From: a virus
Virus record (IMG/VR): IMGVR_UViG_3300027917_001949
Coordinates: 32,001-96,000 of that record
Strand: one strand, 5' to 3'
Length of the DNA stretch: 64,000 bases
Shown here: positions 21,619 through 30,678 of the stretch, piece after piece
How the letters are laid out: each line of letters starts with the position of its first letter
Position numbering within the stretch: the stretch's first letter is position 1
Program-made: the position numbers and the translations under genes
The notes under the pieces: model-generated
The model's input: the letters and a program-made list of their open reading frames with translations, nothing else
The model's database searches: none
What the model was told of the DNA's origin: nothing

Positions 21619-22414
21619 ACAGCGTGACCACTGGTCATGCAGACGTTGTGGCAAAAAATTTGAGGATTTAGTAATCTGTCAGCATGTCTATCCTGCCACA
21701 AGTGATGACCACTTTATAACATTATGCAACAAATGTATTGATTGGGCGTTCGATAATCCCAGTGAAGCAGTCATTGAGTGTGAAAAGTTACTTCGTCGTA
21801 ATAAGATAGTTCTCATTGGTGATTGTCATGGTAACTTTGAAAGATTGAACACTGTTCTCACGGACGAAATGCCTTTTGACTTCTTTCTATCGGTGGGTGA
21901 TGTTGGCACATTGAGAGACGTTACACCTGATAATATCAACATAATCGATAGGTGGCAGGATAAAGGACACTTTGTATTTGGTAATCACGATAATTGCTGG
22001 TTCTTTAATCAACTAGCATTACATCAGGACATCAATGGTGTCAGCGTTGCAGGTTTAAACGGTATGTTAAAAAGCAGAACGTTCTTAAAAGAGCAACCAA
22101 ATAACATATCGTTTCGTGAGATTATGTATCTATCTCATCTCAATGATATTGACATTTTGGTAACTCATCAACCTCCGACAGGGATGTTCGACAATGCGGG
22201 GGAATTTATCTTGGAAGAGTTATTAAATTATCTAGTACCAAAAATATACATAAGTGGTCACATTCATAAATATAAGCTTAAGTTTCATTTAAACACATTT
22301 ATGATTTCATTACCGATGATTACAAACGGTTACGCTGTAGCGTACTTTCAGGGCAGAGATTTGCGTGACCTAGAGGTGGTAATGAAGAAAGGACGGAGAT
22401 ATGTACGCATATAA
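21608..22414 (+). CDS. HNH-like Zn domain fused to metallophosphoesterase
   Basis: RDHWSCRRCG..H..LCNKC, then GDCHG, VGD, GNHD, THQPP, SGHIH. Confidence 0.7.
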   Translation: MRIKQRDHWSCRRCGKKFEDLVICQHVYPATSDDHFITLCNKCIDWAFDNPSEAVIECEKLLRRNKIVLIGDCHGNFERLNTVLTDEMPFDFFLSVGDVGTLRDVTPDNINIIDRWQDKGHFVFGNHDNCWFFNQLALHQDINGVSVAGLNGMLKSRTFLKEQPNNISFREIMYLSHLNDIDILVTHQPPTGMFDNAGEFILEELLNYLVPKIYISGHIHKYKLKFHLNTFMISLPMITNGYAVAYFQGRDLRDLEVVMKKGRRYVRI

Positions 22415-22931
22415 CCTTGATACCGAAGTTGGGTGGATAAAAAACCCTAAACTGCGTGAGCTTGTTGAGGAGATATTAAGCCACGCACCGGCACTGTTCT
22501 GGACAGCACCAAGTTCTCGTTCCGGTAAGCATCATCCGATTGATGAGTTCGACACCGGTGGTAGGATATTGCACACCAAACGGGTTGCTAAAGTTGCAAA
22601 AGATTTGGCACGTTCGTTCAACCTCAGTCGAGCAGACACTGATTGGTCAATAGCGGGTGCGTTAGTCCACGACATGGGAATGCATATAGCTGATGACGTT
22701 TATTATGGTCATGGCAGTCTATTGCTGAACGTTGTTAAGGAATTTAAGAGTCAACTTGATATTCTAAACGATAGCTACATTATAAGGTTGGCTGAGATTG
22801 TACAGTTACATATGGGAGTCTTTGATACTCCGTTCCGAGTTGCGTGGGACGACCCTATTGTCTTGGTATTGCAGTTAGCTGACTATGTAGCGTCAAGAAC
22901 ATATATAAAGGTGGATGTCGATGCCGATTGA
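22401..22931 (+). CDS. HD-domain phosphohydrolase
   Basis: APSSRSGKHHP, HT, LVHD, HMG, LAD. Confidence 0.8.
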   Translation: MYAYNLDTEVGWIKNPKLRELVEEILSHAPALFWTAPSSRSGKHHPIDEFDTGGRILHTKRVAKVAKDLARSFNLSRADTDWSIAGALVHDMGMHIADDVYYGHGSLLLNVVKEFKSQLDILNDSYIIRLAEIVQLHMGVFDTPFRVAWDDPIVLVLQLADYVASRTYIKVDVDAD

Positions 22932-23130
22932 TAAACAAGAACCACGAAAATCAGACGTAGACCCAGGAAGTTTGAAGCAGAGTGTACAGTTACAGAATTT
23001 GATTTGCTGTTCTGAGTGCAGTGACACTAACTCCCTACGACGAGTGAGAGACAGTGAAGGTCGAAAAATTAAACCTGCACAATATATATGTGAGGATTGT
23101 TACCAGCGTGACCTTAGAATTCGCAGTTGA
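22915..23130 (+). CDS. Small Zn-finger protein
   Basis: CSEC..CEDC. Confidence 0.5.
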   Translation: MSMPIDKQEPRKSDVDPGSLKQSVQLQNLICCSECSDTNSLRRVRDSEGRKIKPAQYICEDCYQRDLRIRS

Positions 23131-23338
23131 TACTAGAGCTTTTTTGAAGTGTGATTGTGGACACGTCGTCCACACAGAGAAAGTACTCCCATTGCTTACT
23201 CTATTATTGGGTAAGGAGAGTTATACATGTAAGCAGTGTGGGTCTGTTCTTGACTTTTTCCAGATTTCTTTCTGTTCTAAGGATATAAGTAAAGAGTGCG
23301 AAGATTGTACGTTCAGATTCCAGTGTTATACGACTTGA
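23054..23338 (+). CDS. Zn-ribbon protein with C-terminal CxxCxxRFxC motif
   Basis: Ends CEDCTFRFQCYTT; true start likely downstream. Confidence 0.6.
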   Translation: MKVEKLNLHNIYVRIVTSVTLEFAVDTRAFLKCDCGHVVHTEKVLPLLTLLLGKESYTCKQCGSVLDFFQISFCSKDISKECEDCTFRFQCYTT

Positions 23339-23349
23339 CAATGGGGGGC

Positions 23350-23378
23350 TTGACATGTGACCATTTATATGGTATAAT
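23350..23378 (+). promoter_or_regulatory. Sigma70-type promoter
   Basis: TTGACA-17-TATAAT with TG. Confidence 0.8.
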
Positions 23379-23404
23379 ATATATGTAGGATGGGGTAGTA
23401 AAAT

Positions 23405-23475
23405 GCGTCCATAGTGTTAATATAGCATGTAACGCTTCCAACGTTACGGTGTGGGTTTGAATCCCGCTGGACGCT
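23405..23475 (+). tRNA. tRNA-Gly(TCC), no encoded CCA
   Basis: Acceptor gcgtcca/tggacgc; taacg-ct TCC aa-cgtta. Confidence 0.8.
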
Positions 23476-23480
23476 CTCAT

Positions 23481-23585
23481 GTAGGGCAAAGTGGTAAGTA
23501 AGGTAGTCGTATTCTAGAGAACGATACCCACGAGGTTGTTGTATAGGTAGCTCCTATTCAAAGAGGTTCGAACCCTCTCCCTACT
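23481..23585 (+). ncRNA. tRNA-like RNA (acceptor + T arm, non-canonical interior)
   Basis: gtaggg/ccctac; agagg-ttcgaac-cctct; two internal hairpins. Confidence 0.5.
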
Positions 23586-23586
23586 C

Positions 23587-23808
23587 ATGAAAGTTATAGA
23601 TTATAAGTTAATATGTCGAAAGTGTGGGAAACAGATGGGTGCATTAAGCATGGCATATATCGGTGTACCACACAATACCGGTGTCAAAGCATGTACCTGT
23701 ATTGAGTGTCTGCCAAAATCTCTGGATGAAGCTGAAGCTAATGGTTATGATGAGAAGATAATCAAAGAGTTCAGAGAGTGGATTGCTGCGGGTAGGACAA
23801 ACGGTTAA
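23587..23808 (+). CDS. Small Zn-finger protein
   Basis: CRKC..CIEC; ATG abuts tRNA-like RNA; stop lies inside next tRNA. Confidence 0.55.
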   Translation: MKVIDYKLICRKCGKQMGALSMAYIGVPHNTGVKACTCIECLPKSLDEAEANGYDEKIIKEFREWIAAGRTNG

Positions 23809-23859
23809 GTCGCAACCTTCATAAGGTTAGAGGATAGGGTTCAACTCCCTAACCCGCTA
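23787..23859 (+). tRNA. tRNA-Met/Ile2(CAT), no encoded CCA
   Basis: gcgggt/acccgc; aacc-tt CAT aa-ggtt; T arm taggg-ttcaact-cccta. Confidence 0.75.
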
Positions 23860-24414
23860 ATGGGATTATTTGATTCATTACCAAACGGTAGTCAGGTAAA
23901 ACTTTGGGGATGTAACATGAAAACTTTCGAAGTAGGAGATGCAGTCCCCGATTTCGGTCTGCCAATATACATAATTATTCTCCGTGAAGGTGGGTTTGTG
24001 TCAGTCGAAGACGGTAAGATTATGGAGATACGTGAAGACGGGTTCAGGTATTTCCCAGAAGACTTTATGGGTGTACCGTGTTTTGACAAGTGGGGTAAAC
24101 GTCTCGATACCTACACCGAGATGGACGGGATATTCGGTTTTGACGAGTACTTTGACGAGCATGTCAAGAGCTTTGTGTCAAAAGACCGTATAGACCCGTG
24201 GAGAGGGAGAGTTCCGAAGCAGTTCCCGTTTCCGTTCCCTATTCCAACCACGTCTGATGGGGTGTTTGCGAAGTGTCCCAAATGTAACCGTATAAAGAGT
24301 TTGCGGGTATGTTATGGCTGTCAGGAAATTATGTGTGAGAACTGCTTAACGGAACATCAAATCGCATGTTTAAGAAAGGATGAAGATGAAATATTGGACA
24401 TACGTAGTGATTGA
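23860..24414 (+). CDS. Hypothetical protein with C-terminal Zn finger
   Basis: MGLFD start directly after tRNA; CPKC..CYGC..CENC. Confidence 0.6.
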   Translation: MGLFDSLPNGSQVKLWGCNMKTFEVGDAVPDFGLPIYIIILREGGFVSVEDGKIMEIREDGFRYFPEDFMGVPCFDKWGKRLDTYTEMDGIFGFDEYFDEHVKSFVSKDRIDPWRGRVPKQFPFPFPIPTTSDGVFAKCPKCNRIKSLRVCYGCQEIMCENCLTEHQIACLRKDEDEILDIRSD

Positions 24415-24820
24415 AGGTCACTGCTTTGGTGAGGAAGATGAGAATGGTCACAACCCATGTGGTGTTGATGTACCGTCTCCACGTTGTTTAGGTAATGGTA
24501 AGTCAGGAATGTGTCCCCATTTTGCCTGGACTCCTGAGACTGAACGTGAAGCTGCTTTTTTTGTACCGATTAAACTTATTTTGAAAGACAAATTTATAGG
24601 TCTCTGTCATCACATATGGGATAAGATTGAGTGGTATGCGTGGGGTCAGCTTTGGTTTAATCGTCGTAAGGTACGGGAATTCTTTGACAATATCGAGGTT
24701 GTAGATGACACTAATCCTTCGGTTCAGAGATGGTTAAAACAACAGGACAAGTCACAGACACAATTTGAAAAGTGGTTACCTAAAGTAAAGAAGGACTGGG
24801 ATGCCGATATACGTATATAG
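24380..24820 (+). CDS. Hypothetical protein
   Basis: Coupled ORF. Confidence 0.55.
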   Translation: MKMKYWTYVVIEGHCFGEEDENGHNPCGVDVPSPRCLGNGKSGMCPHFAWTPETEREAAFFVPIKLILKDKFIGLCHHIWDKIEWYAWGQLWFNRRKVREFFDNIEVVDDTNPSVQRWLKQQDKSQTQFEKWLPKVKKDWDADIRI

Positions 24821-25073
24821 ATGCGATGAGTGTGATACAGAGTTTGAGGAACGTCAGTCGTTTGATGATGAACCTCTCACAGAATGCCAAGAGTGTAGTG
24901 GTCCGATATATCGGGTAATATTTGCTACTCCTGTTCATTATAAGGGGGCAGGATTTGCGACCACTGAAGCACGTGGTATTACAGGGCGAAGAAGAAAGCC
25001 CAACATAAAGGTAGGTAGTGTGCATAACTTACCACCAGAAGAGAGGGAGAGAGCACTTGACCACTTCGACTAA
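24801..25073 (+). CDS. FmdB-family zinc ribbon protein
   Basis: MPIYVYRCDEC..CQEC..YKGAGF. Confidence 0.85.
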   Translation: MPIYVYRCDECDTEFEERQSFDDEPLTECQECSGPIYRVIFATPVHYKGAGFATTEARGITGRRRKPNIKVGSVHNLPPEERERALDHFD

Positions 25074-26019
25074 AGATGAATTACGAGCGTTACTATCAGA
25101 AGCGCAGAAACCGTATTTAGAGAGACATAAAGAACGTTTAGATAAAATTAAACCAGTATGGGATGAGTATCAAAGTGTTGTACCGGATGTGAATAATCTA
25201 CAACCATATATTCAGATAGCAGATGGTAACAAGGAATTACTTGACTTGCTGTTCTATGGACGAATGACTATATCAAGTTTCCCGTTCAGTGGGGCGGTTG
25301 GTAGAAGGATTCATTACTTGATACGGAATAAACCAGATGATTACATACTTGGATTAGTTGTAATAATGTCTGACTTGACTATACCTATACGTGATAAGCA
25401 TATAGGTTGGACAAGAGATAATATGTGGAAGAGCAAGAGGATAAACTATCTAATGAATGTACATCTTGCTATTAGTACACCACCGTTATCACAGTACTTA
25501 ACTGGTAAGTTAACCGCTATATCAGTTGAGAGCAAAGAAATCCAAGACTATTTCCAGGGAAAATATGGACACCCGTTGGCAGCAATGACGTGTACCAGTC
25601 TATTTGGTAAATCGTCAATCTATAATCGACTGAGAGGATACGAGTATTTAGGTTTGACGAAAGGGCATAGCGTTGCTCTTGTTCCGGTTGAGGTCAAGGA
25701 TAAAATGAGAGAAGACTTCAAAAAGGAAAAGGGTAAGCACTCCGAGATATACTATAACGAAGACGGTTCGGTCAAAGAAACGTATGGTGTCGTTAAAGGA
25801 TTTCAAAAACTCCAGAAATACTGGGATATTCAGCAGACGGAAAATCAACGAGGGACATACATTATTCCATTAGCTGAAAATTATAAGGAGTTCTTGTGTT
25901 GCGAGACGGATGAGTTGAAATCGTTTGACCATCCAACCTACGATGAACTTATAGATTATTGGAAGGAAAGATGGCTGAAAGGTCGTTTGGAGAGATTTGG
26001 TTTAAACACGGAGAACTAG
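25057..26019 (+). CDS. DUF4338 (DruA-like) protein
   Basis: GRRIHYLI..ILG..RDKHIGW..GKL..TSLFGKSSIYNRL..LGLTKG. Confidence 0.65.
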   Translation: MTTSTKDELRALLSEAQKPYLERHKERLDKIKPVWDEYQSVVPDVNNLQPYIQIADGNKELLDLLFYGRMTISSFPFSGAVGRRIHYLIRNKPDDYILGLVVIMSDLTIPIRDKHIGWTRDNMWKSKRINYLMNVHLAISTPPLSQYLTGKLTAISVESKEIQDYFQGKYGHPLAAMTCTSLFGKSSIYNRLRGYEYLGLTKGHSVALVPVEVKDKMREDFKKEKGKHSEIYYNEDGSVKETYGVVKGFQKLQKYWDIQQTENQRGTYIIPLAENYKEFLCCETDELKSFDHPTYDELIDYWKERWLKGRLERFGLNTEN

Positions 26020-26051
26020 GTTATTACTTTTGACAATTTGAAGTAACTTCC

Positions 26052-26183
26052 TTGGGGAGTCCCGAACCAGAGTACATAACTTCATGTCCACGGGAAGGAA
26101 TGTGTTCTCCGTATAGGTGTGGATTTTACGATTTTTGCGATTCGTGTGAACGTAAATTTCACTGTGCAACACATAGAAAGTAA
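26052..26183 (+). CDS. Small Cys-rich ORF with variant CxxCxxKFxC motif (absent from ORF track)
   Basis: Hand translation ...CSPYRCGFYDFCDSCERKFHCATHRK*; start uncertain. Confidence 0.45.
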   Translation: MGSPEPEYITSCPREGMCSPYRCGFYDFCDSCERKFHCATHRK

Positions 26184-26188
26184 GGGAG

Positions 26189-26617
26189 ATGACTATAATA
26201 GGAACAATATTAGCTCTTGTTCTAGCATTTGCACTGGTAGCTTTTCTAGCCTGTGGTTGGGTACGGGAAGTGAAACGCAACAAAGTTTTAGAGCATCAGC
26301 ACGAGGTAGCTATAAAAGAGAATAGAGCGGATGCAGTAAAACGCAGTCGTTCAGTCATTGAGGGACAAGTATTTGAACAGTTAATTGCACACTTTCCAGA
26401 GTGGAAGTTTACTCCGAGTGAAGCTAGGTTTCTTGGGTCACCTATCGATTACTTAGTGTTTGACGGTATGTCAACAGGTAACCCTGAGAAAGTAGTCTTT
26501 GTTGAGGTAAAGACTGGGACGAGTAAAACTACACCTATCCAAAACAAAATAAAGAAGCTGATTCAAGCAGGAAAGGTTGAATGGGAAACCATTGAATTAT
26601 CAAATGGCAAGCGTTAG
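26189..26617 (+). CDS. Membrane-anchored Holliday junction resolvase-like endonuclease
   Basis: N-terminal TM; SRSVIEGQVFEQ..RFLGSPIDYLVFDG..FVEVKTG. Confidence 0.8.
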   Translation: MTIIGTILALVLAFALVAFLACGWVREVKRNKVLEHQHEVAIKENRADAVKRSRSVIEGQVFEQLIAHFPEWKFTPSEARFLGSPIDYLVFDGMSTGNPEKVVFVEVKTGTSKTTPIQNKIKKLIQAGKVEWETIELSNGKR

Positions 26618-26906
26618 ATTAAATAAAGCAGAAGAAAAGATGCGGCAATATGGGCAACACAGGGAAGCGTTTGAGTCCATGTTAAATAGGTTCAATCGTT
26701 TAATTCAGCAGTCTGGTATCTATAGGGATTATAAAAAGTGTGAATCATATGAGAAACCTTCTGATAAGCGACGTCGAAAGAAGCGTGAAGCAGAGGCGAG
26801 GAAACGGAGGGAAAATAGAAGTGCCGTACATAGAAAAGGGCAGAAGAGAAATTCTAGACAACGCAATAAACAATCTGATTCAACACATTCGTCACGACCC
26901 AATTGA
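26604..26906 (+). CDS. rpsU: Ribosomal protein bS21 homolog
   Basis: EAFESMLNRFNR..SGI..YEKPSDKRRRKKREA. Confidence 0.8.
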   Translation: MASVRLNKAEEKMRQYGQHREAFESMLNRFNRLIQQSGIYRDYKKCESYEKPSDKRRRKKREAEARKRRENRSAVHRKGQKRNSRQRNKQSDSTHSSRPN

Positions 26907-27084
26907 TGGCGAGCTTAACTATATGATAACTCGAATCATCGATGCCGCTCACGGTGGGGGTGGCTATGCTAGGTTTAACCGAGCGATGGGGGTGTTGGAT
27001 TGTGTGGCGAGAGAGTTTTACCGGAGACGTGTCGTTCCGTATGAGAACGTCAAAATAGAGGAGAATGGTGATGTATATAATTGA
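26821..27084 (+). CDS. Conserved phage hypothetical protein
   Basis: MPYI..GELNYMIT..GVLDCVAREFYRR..PYE..KI..NGDVY. Confidence 0.7.
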   Translation: MPYIEKGRREILDNAINNLIQHIRHDPIDGELNYMITRIIDAAHGGGGYARFNRAMGVLDCVAREFYRRRVVPYENVKIEENGDVYN

Positions 27085-27304
27085 AGGTGTGTTTGACATG
27101 AAGTGGTATCCTGACGGTTCGGTCAGTCGAATGAAGTCAGCATTTAAGCAACCACTTAATACAGACCACGGAGTTATTGCTTTCATGAAGGAACAGCGAC
27201 CTTTTGAGAGTATAAAGATAACGAATACTACCACAAATGCAGATGTTACTGTGGACTTCTTGAAACAGGTAGACCCGAGGAGCGCAGTTAATGACCCAGA
27301 TTAA
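27065..27304 (+). CDS. Hypothetical protein
   Basis: Coupled ORF. Confidence 0.5.
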   Translation: MVMYIIEGVFDMKWYPDGSVSRMKSAFKQPLNTDHGVIAFMKEQRPFESIKITNTTTNADVTVDFLKQVDPRSAVNDPD

Positions 27305-27432
27305 AGATGAAATTAAAGACATAGAACTCATGATTTGGGAAAGTGTTTGTAAGACATGTCGTAAGTATGGTGATTGTGAATGGGTATCACCGTGTCACAA
27401 GGTTGGGAACAAAGCGGAGGAAATTTATAACA

Positions 27433-28029
27433 ATGTTAATCGAAGTAAAGTCAGGTGATGTTCTTGTTTGTGTTAATAATCGGAATGACCTATTCTCAAA
27501 AATTAAACGGTGGGCAATGGGTCCGTATGAGCATGTTGAATCGTACATAGGTAATGGGTTATATGGCATACCTTTACTTGTGGAGAGTGATAATCGAGGA
27601 GTCGTTCTTCAGAATATCGCACATCAAGACGGCAGACGAGTTATGGTTATGCGTCCGATACGCAATGTACGCAGGAAAGACCTCGTATCACAAGCGGTCA
27701 TTATTGCGAGTGATAGTAAATCAGATTACGATTGGACGGGTGGTTTAAAATTGGCTGCGTTCAGAGTCCTTCGGGAGAAGTTTGGAATCAAACGACCATT
27801 GCTTCGTGTGTATGAACGTGATAAGAAGATGATATGCAGTGAAGCGATTGCGGAACTATTTTGGAGAAGTGATATTCCTGTTCTACCAGATAATGTTGTA
27901 CCTATTCCAGCAGATTTTGCAGTTGATTCGGATTGGTTGAACTATGTTGGTGAAGGTAATATGACGTTGGTTACTGACAACGATGAGTCGTTAGATTTAT
28001 ATATAGAGGATGGGCAAGGAAATGAGTAA
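27433..28029 (+). CDS. Permuted papain-like (YiiX/YebB NlpC/P60) amidase
   Basis: SGDVL..YEHVE..YDW..ICSEAIA..P.DF. Confidence 0.7.
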   Translation: MLIEVKSGDVLVCVNNRNDLFSKIKRWAMGPYEHVESYIGNGLYGIPLLVESDNRGVVLQNIAHQDGRRVMVMRPIRNVRRKDLVSQAVIIASDSKSDYDWTGGLKLAAFRVLREKFGIKRPLLRVYERDKKMICSEAIAELFWRSDIPVLPDNVVPIPADFAVDSDWLNYVGEGNMTLVTDNDESLDLYIEDGQGNE

Positions 28030-28934
28030 AGTTGATGACCGTGTTCTTGATGAACTGCTAGAGCGATTGCAATATATAACATTAAGAATACCAGATTGGT
28101 TATACAATACTAAGTTGAGGTATTGTGATGACTGTCAGACTATGACTGTTCAGTATCAAGTTGAAAGGTTTGGGTACATGTTTAATGACCAGTATGTTGA
28201 CAAATACTGGGTGTGTCTGTTCTGTGGCACTAAATGGATACCCGATAACGACATTAGGCTTGAAGAACCGGAGAATCCTGGTGAATCGATTTAAACGTTG
28301 GTTGATGAGATTCCTTATTCCGAAAGGGGTTTATTGTGATGGATGCCCGTTTTGGTTTAGAGATGGTGGTAGACCTGAGCAGGAGAACGGTTACTGTTCT
28401 TATCTTAAGAAAGGTGATTGGGATTTGAATGAGGATATGGCTGATGAGGATTTCATTGTAAGCACAATGGACGGTGACAAAGCCGTAACCTCTATAATTA
28501 AAGGTAGAGACTTCCCGTTCGGTATGGCACTGCTGTGGGATGGATGTAAAGAATGTGGGGTTAAGTGGTAGATGGAAGGTCAAATTTATACTCCGTGGAC
28601 GAACGAGCAAGTTGAGCTTTTGAATGTCTATCAGCGTATTGGGATATTACACCCGTTCACTTGTAATGAACATCATACATTAATAGCTACTAATGATGGT
28701 TGGATTTGTAGTCAATGTTCTGATTATCATCAAGATTGGGCATGGGAAGCAATGGTAACTATTGGAGGGAAAATGAAAGACCAAAATGGTAGAGAGATAA
28801 AAAGAGAATTTGCTCCGAGGAAAGCTGACCCAGATAGCAAGTACAAAGTTAAGGTGGTTCAGAAAGAATCGGATTATAATGTTGACGTAGACCCAGAGAC
28901 GAAAAGACCTATTGTCACGAAAAAAGAAAAATAA
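28010..28934 (+). other. Three small coupled Cys-containing hypothetical CDSs (28010-28294, 28281-28571, 28572-28934)
   Basis: Abutting ORFs with CxxC pairs. Confidence 0.55.
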
Positions 28935-28978
28935 TTAAAAATTTTTCAAAAATAATTGAAAAAAAGCCTATTTAGGGC

Positions 28979-29007
28979 TTGACTTCGGGTGTTTTGTATG
29001 TTATAAT
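28979..29007 (+). promoter_or_regulatory. Sigma70-type promoter heading the main tRNA array
   Basis: TTGACT-17-TATAAT with TG; AT-rich upstream element. Confidence 0.8.
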
Positions 29008-29108
29008 ATAATTAGAGAGTGAGAAAAGCTCTCAAATATGAGGTATTGTATGAAGAAGAAACATAGATTATGTCCGAATGTCGAATCAAATATACAAGTG
29101 CCTAGTAC

Positions 29109-29183
29109 GGGGACGTAGCTCAAAGGTTGAGCATCGGTCTGATATACCGAAGGTTGTAGGTTCAAGTCCTACCGTCCCTACCA
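29109..29183 (+). tRNA. tRNA-Ile(GAT)
   Basis: tcggt-ct GAT at-accga; CCA encoded. Confidence 0.9.
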
Positions 29184-29202
29184 AAAAGGTGGGGATTTTT
29201 AT

Positions 29203-29289
29203 TGGGGCGTTTAATGGGTTCAGGGAAGCTAACAGTTAATACTTAGTTAAGACACTTCCGAGTAGGTTAGACTCCTGCCGCTTCAACCA
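29203..29289 (+). ncRNA. Mini RNA resembling the tmRNA tRNA-like domain
   Basis: tggggcg/cgcttca + A + CCA; G3:U70; no D stem; ggaag/cttcc stem; T arm. Confidence 0.55.
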
Positions 29290-29291
29290 AT

Positions 29292-29365
29292 AGAGGTGTA
29301 GCTAACAGGGAAGCAAAGGTGTTACATACCTTGATATGCAGGTTCAAATCCTGTCACCTCTACCA
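29292..29365 (+). tRNA. tRNA-Val(TAC)
   Basis: aaggt-gt TAC at-acctt; CCA. Confidence 0.85.
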
Positions 29366-29367
29366 AG

Positions 29368-29820
29368 ATGTATAATGTAGGTGATGTTGTATATACGACT
29401 CATGATTTAAGGTCTGGAGTGAAAGAGTTTACTCCTGGCATTATCATCGATAGGTATAAGAATACGATTGACGTAGCCTTTCATGAGTGTGTCGTATCTT
29501 ACTGTATCGCCGGTAACTTTAAGAAATGTGATAAAGATTGTACTAATTGTCCAGCTAGGTTTAAATGCTTTACTAGAGATTTAGACAGAGTACCACATCC
29601 AAGTATGGTCACATACATTAAATTAGTCGCAAGGTATCACAGCGCATGTTCGAAATGTGGTAAGCATCTCACAACTGGAAAAGAGATTTGGTGGTCTCCT
29701 GTGGTTAAGGGAGTATACTGTATGGATTGCGGTGTCCCTGAATTCGGTTTGAGAGACCTTGAGGAGATACCTGATTCTGAACAAGTTGATTATTCGAAAG
29801 CGTATCGGGTTAAAAAATAA
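29368..29820 (+). CDS. Hypothetical protein with CxxCxxRFxC motif and Zn finger
   Basis: CDKDCTNCPARFKCFT. Confidence 0.65.
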   Translation: MYNVGDVVYTTHDLRSGVKEFTPGIIIDRYKNTIDVAFHECVVSYCIAGNFKKCDKDCTNCPARFKCFTRDLDRVPHPSMVTYIKLVARYHSACSKCGKHLTTGKEIWWSPVVKGVYCMDCGVPEFGLRDLEEIPDSEQVDYSKAYRVKK

Positions 29821-30013
29821 CCCACGACTTGTCTATTTGACAAGTAAGTTATCTGGATTAATGTTCGTAAAATTTGGTCGATATTAGTAATATCATTTTG
29901 TTTTGCTAAGGATGTCCGAATTTTTCGCAAAAAGTAATCTGTGAGGAATAGTCCAGATTGTTGACACCCAGATAGCGTAAAGTCCTTCCGTGAGTCTTAT
30001 TCTAGACTCACAT

Positions 30014-30086
30014 GCTAGGGTAGCCAAATGGTTAAGGCACGTTCTCGGTAAGAACGGGATTGTCGGTTCGAATCCGTCCCCTAGCT
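30014..30086 (+). tRNA. tRNA-Thr(GGT), C33, no CCA
   Basis: cgttc-tc GGT aa-gaacg. Confidence 0.85.
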
Positions 30087-30089
30087 CAC

Positions 30090-30175
30090 GGAGTAGTGGC
30101 AGAGAGGTTTATTGCGAACGGTTGCTAACCGTTTGGGCTAACGTCCCACAGGTTCGAATCCTGTCTACTCCGCCA
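30090..30175 (+). tRNA. tRNA-Ser(GCT)
   Basis: aacgg-tt GCT aa-ccgtt; long variable arm; G73-CCA. Confidence 0.9.
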
Positions 30176-30184
30176 AAATAGGAC

Positions 30185-30213
30185 TTGACAAATGATTGAA
30201 TTTGTGGTATAAT
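30185..30213 (+). promoter_or_regulatory. Sigma70-type promoter
   Basis: TTGACA-17-TATAAT with TG. Confidence 0.8.
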
Positions 30214-30427
30214 GAGAGTAGCGATAACTGGAGAAGTGTCTCCAAGTCGGTGGGGAAAAATTTATCTTGAGTGCACTCCACTCTTGGATAAATGTCTTAC
30301 GTGTAGAATAAGGTTTAGATGTTATACACACAAGGAATTTGATAACTGTGGTGGGTATGTGCGAGGTCGGGATGATTGTTTGCAACCCAGAGAATTTATG
30401 GAGTTTATGAATAAGTCGAATGAATGA
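30212..30427 (+). CDS. Small protein with CxxCxxRFxC motif
   Basis: CTPLLDKCLTCRIRFRCYT; the ATG overlaps the -10 box so the start is uncertain. Confidence 0.6.
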   Translation: MRVAITGEVSPSRWGKIYLECTPLLDKCLTCRIRFRCYTHKEFDNCGGYVRGRDDCLQPREFMEFMNKSNE

Positions 30428-30593
30428 AGTTGAAATTATATCCGAGATAAATAGAGTACAGGAAAAAATGGTATCCGCAACTGAAGAAGAGAAGGTTGTC
30501 CTTCAGGAAAAATTAGCGGTACTGATGCGTCAATTGCAACCAGTCGAGAGAAGCAGAGACCAGAAAGCGTTTCTCGATGAGTGTGCTGGTTAA
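30420..30593 (+). CDS. Small helical protein (57 aa, absent from ORF track)
   Basis: MNEVEIISEINRVQEK...DECAG*. Confidence 0.45.
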   Translation: MNEVEIISEINRVQEKMVSATEEEKVVLQEKLAVLMRQLQPVERSRDQKAFLDECAG

Positions 30594-30599
30594 GAAGAA

Positions 30600-30677
30600 G
30601 GAAGTGTAGCTCAATTTGGTTAGAGTAGCGGTCTTTTAAACCGTTCGTTGAGAGTTCGAGTCTCTCCACTTCCACCA
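30600..30677 (+). tRNA. tRNA-Lys(TTT)
   Basis: gcggt-ct TTT aa-accgt; CCA. Confidence 0.9.
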
Positions 30678-30678
30678 T

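Noticed and set aside
23505-23530. Amber suppressor tRNA (ttCTAga) and stop-codon recoding
   Set aside because: Flanks do not form an anticodon stem around that loop; long genes are uninterrupted in the standard code, and TAG and TGA act as normal stops.
25057-26019. Complete Druantia defence system
   Set aside because: Only DUF4338-like genes are present; no large DruE helicase or partner genes in the window.
29203-30011. Full-length or two-piece tmRNA
   Set aside because: The TLD-like RNA is closed on itself, and no tag reading frame ending in an AA-type degron was identified nearby.
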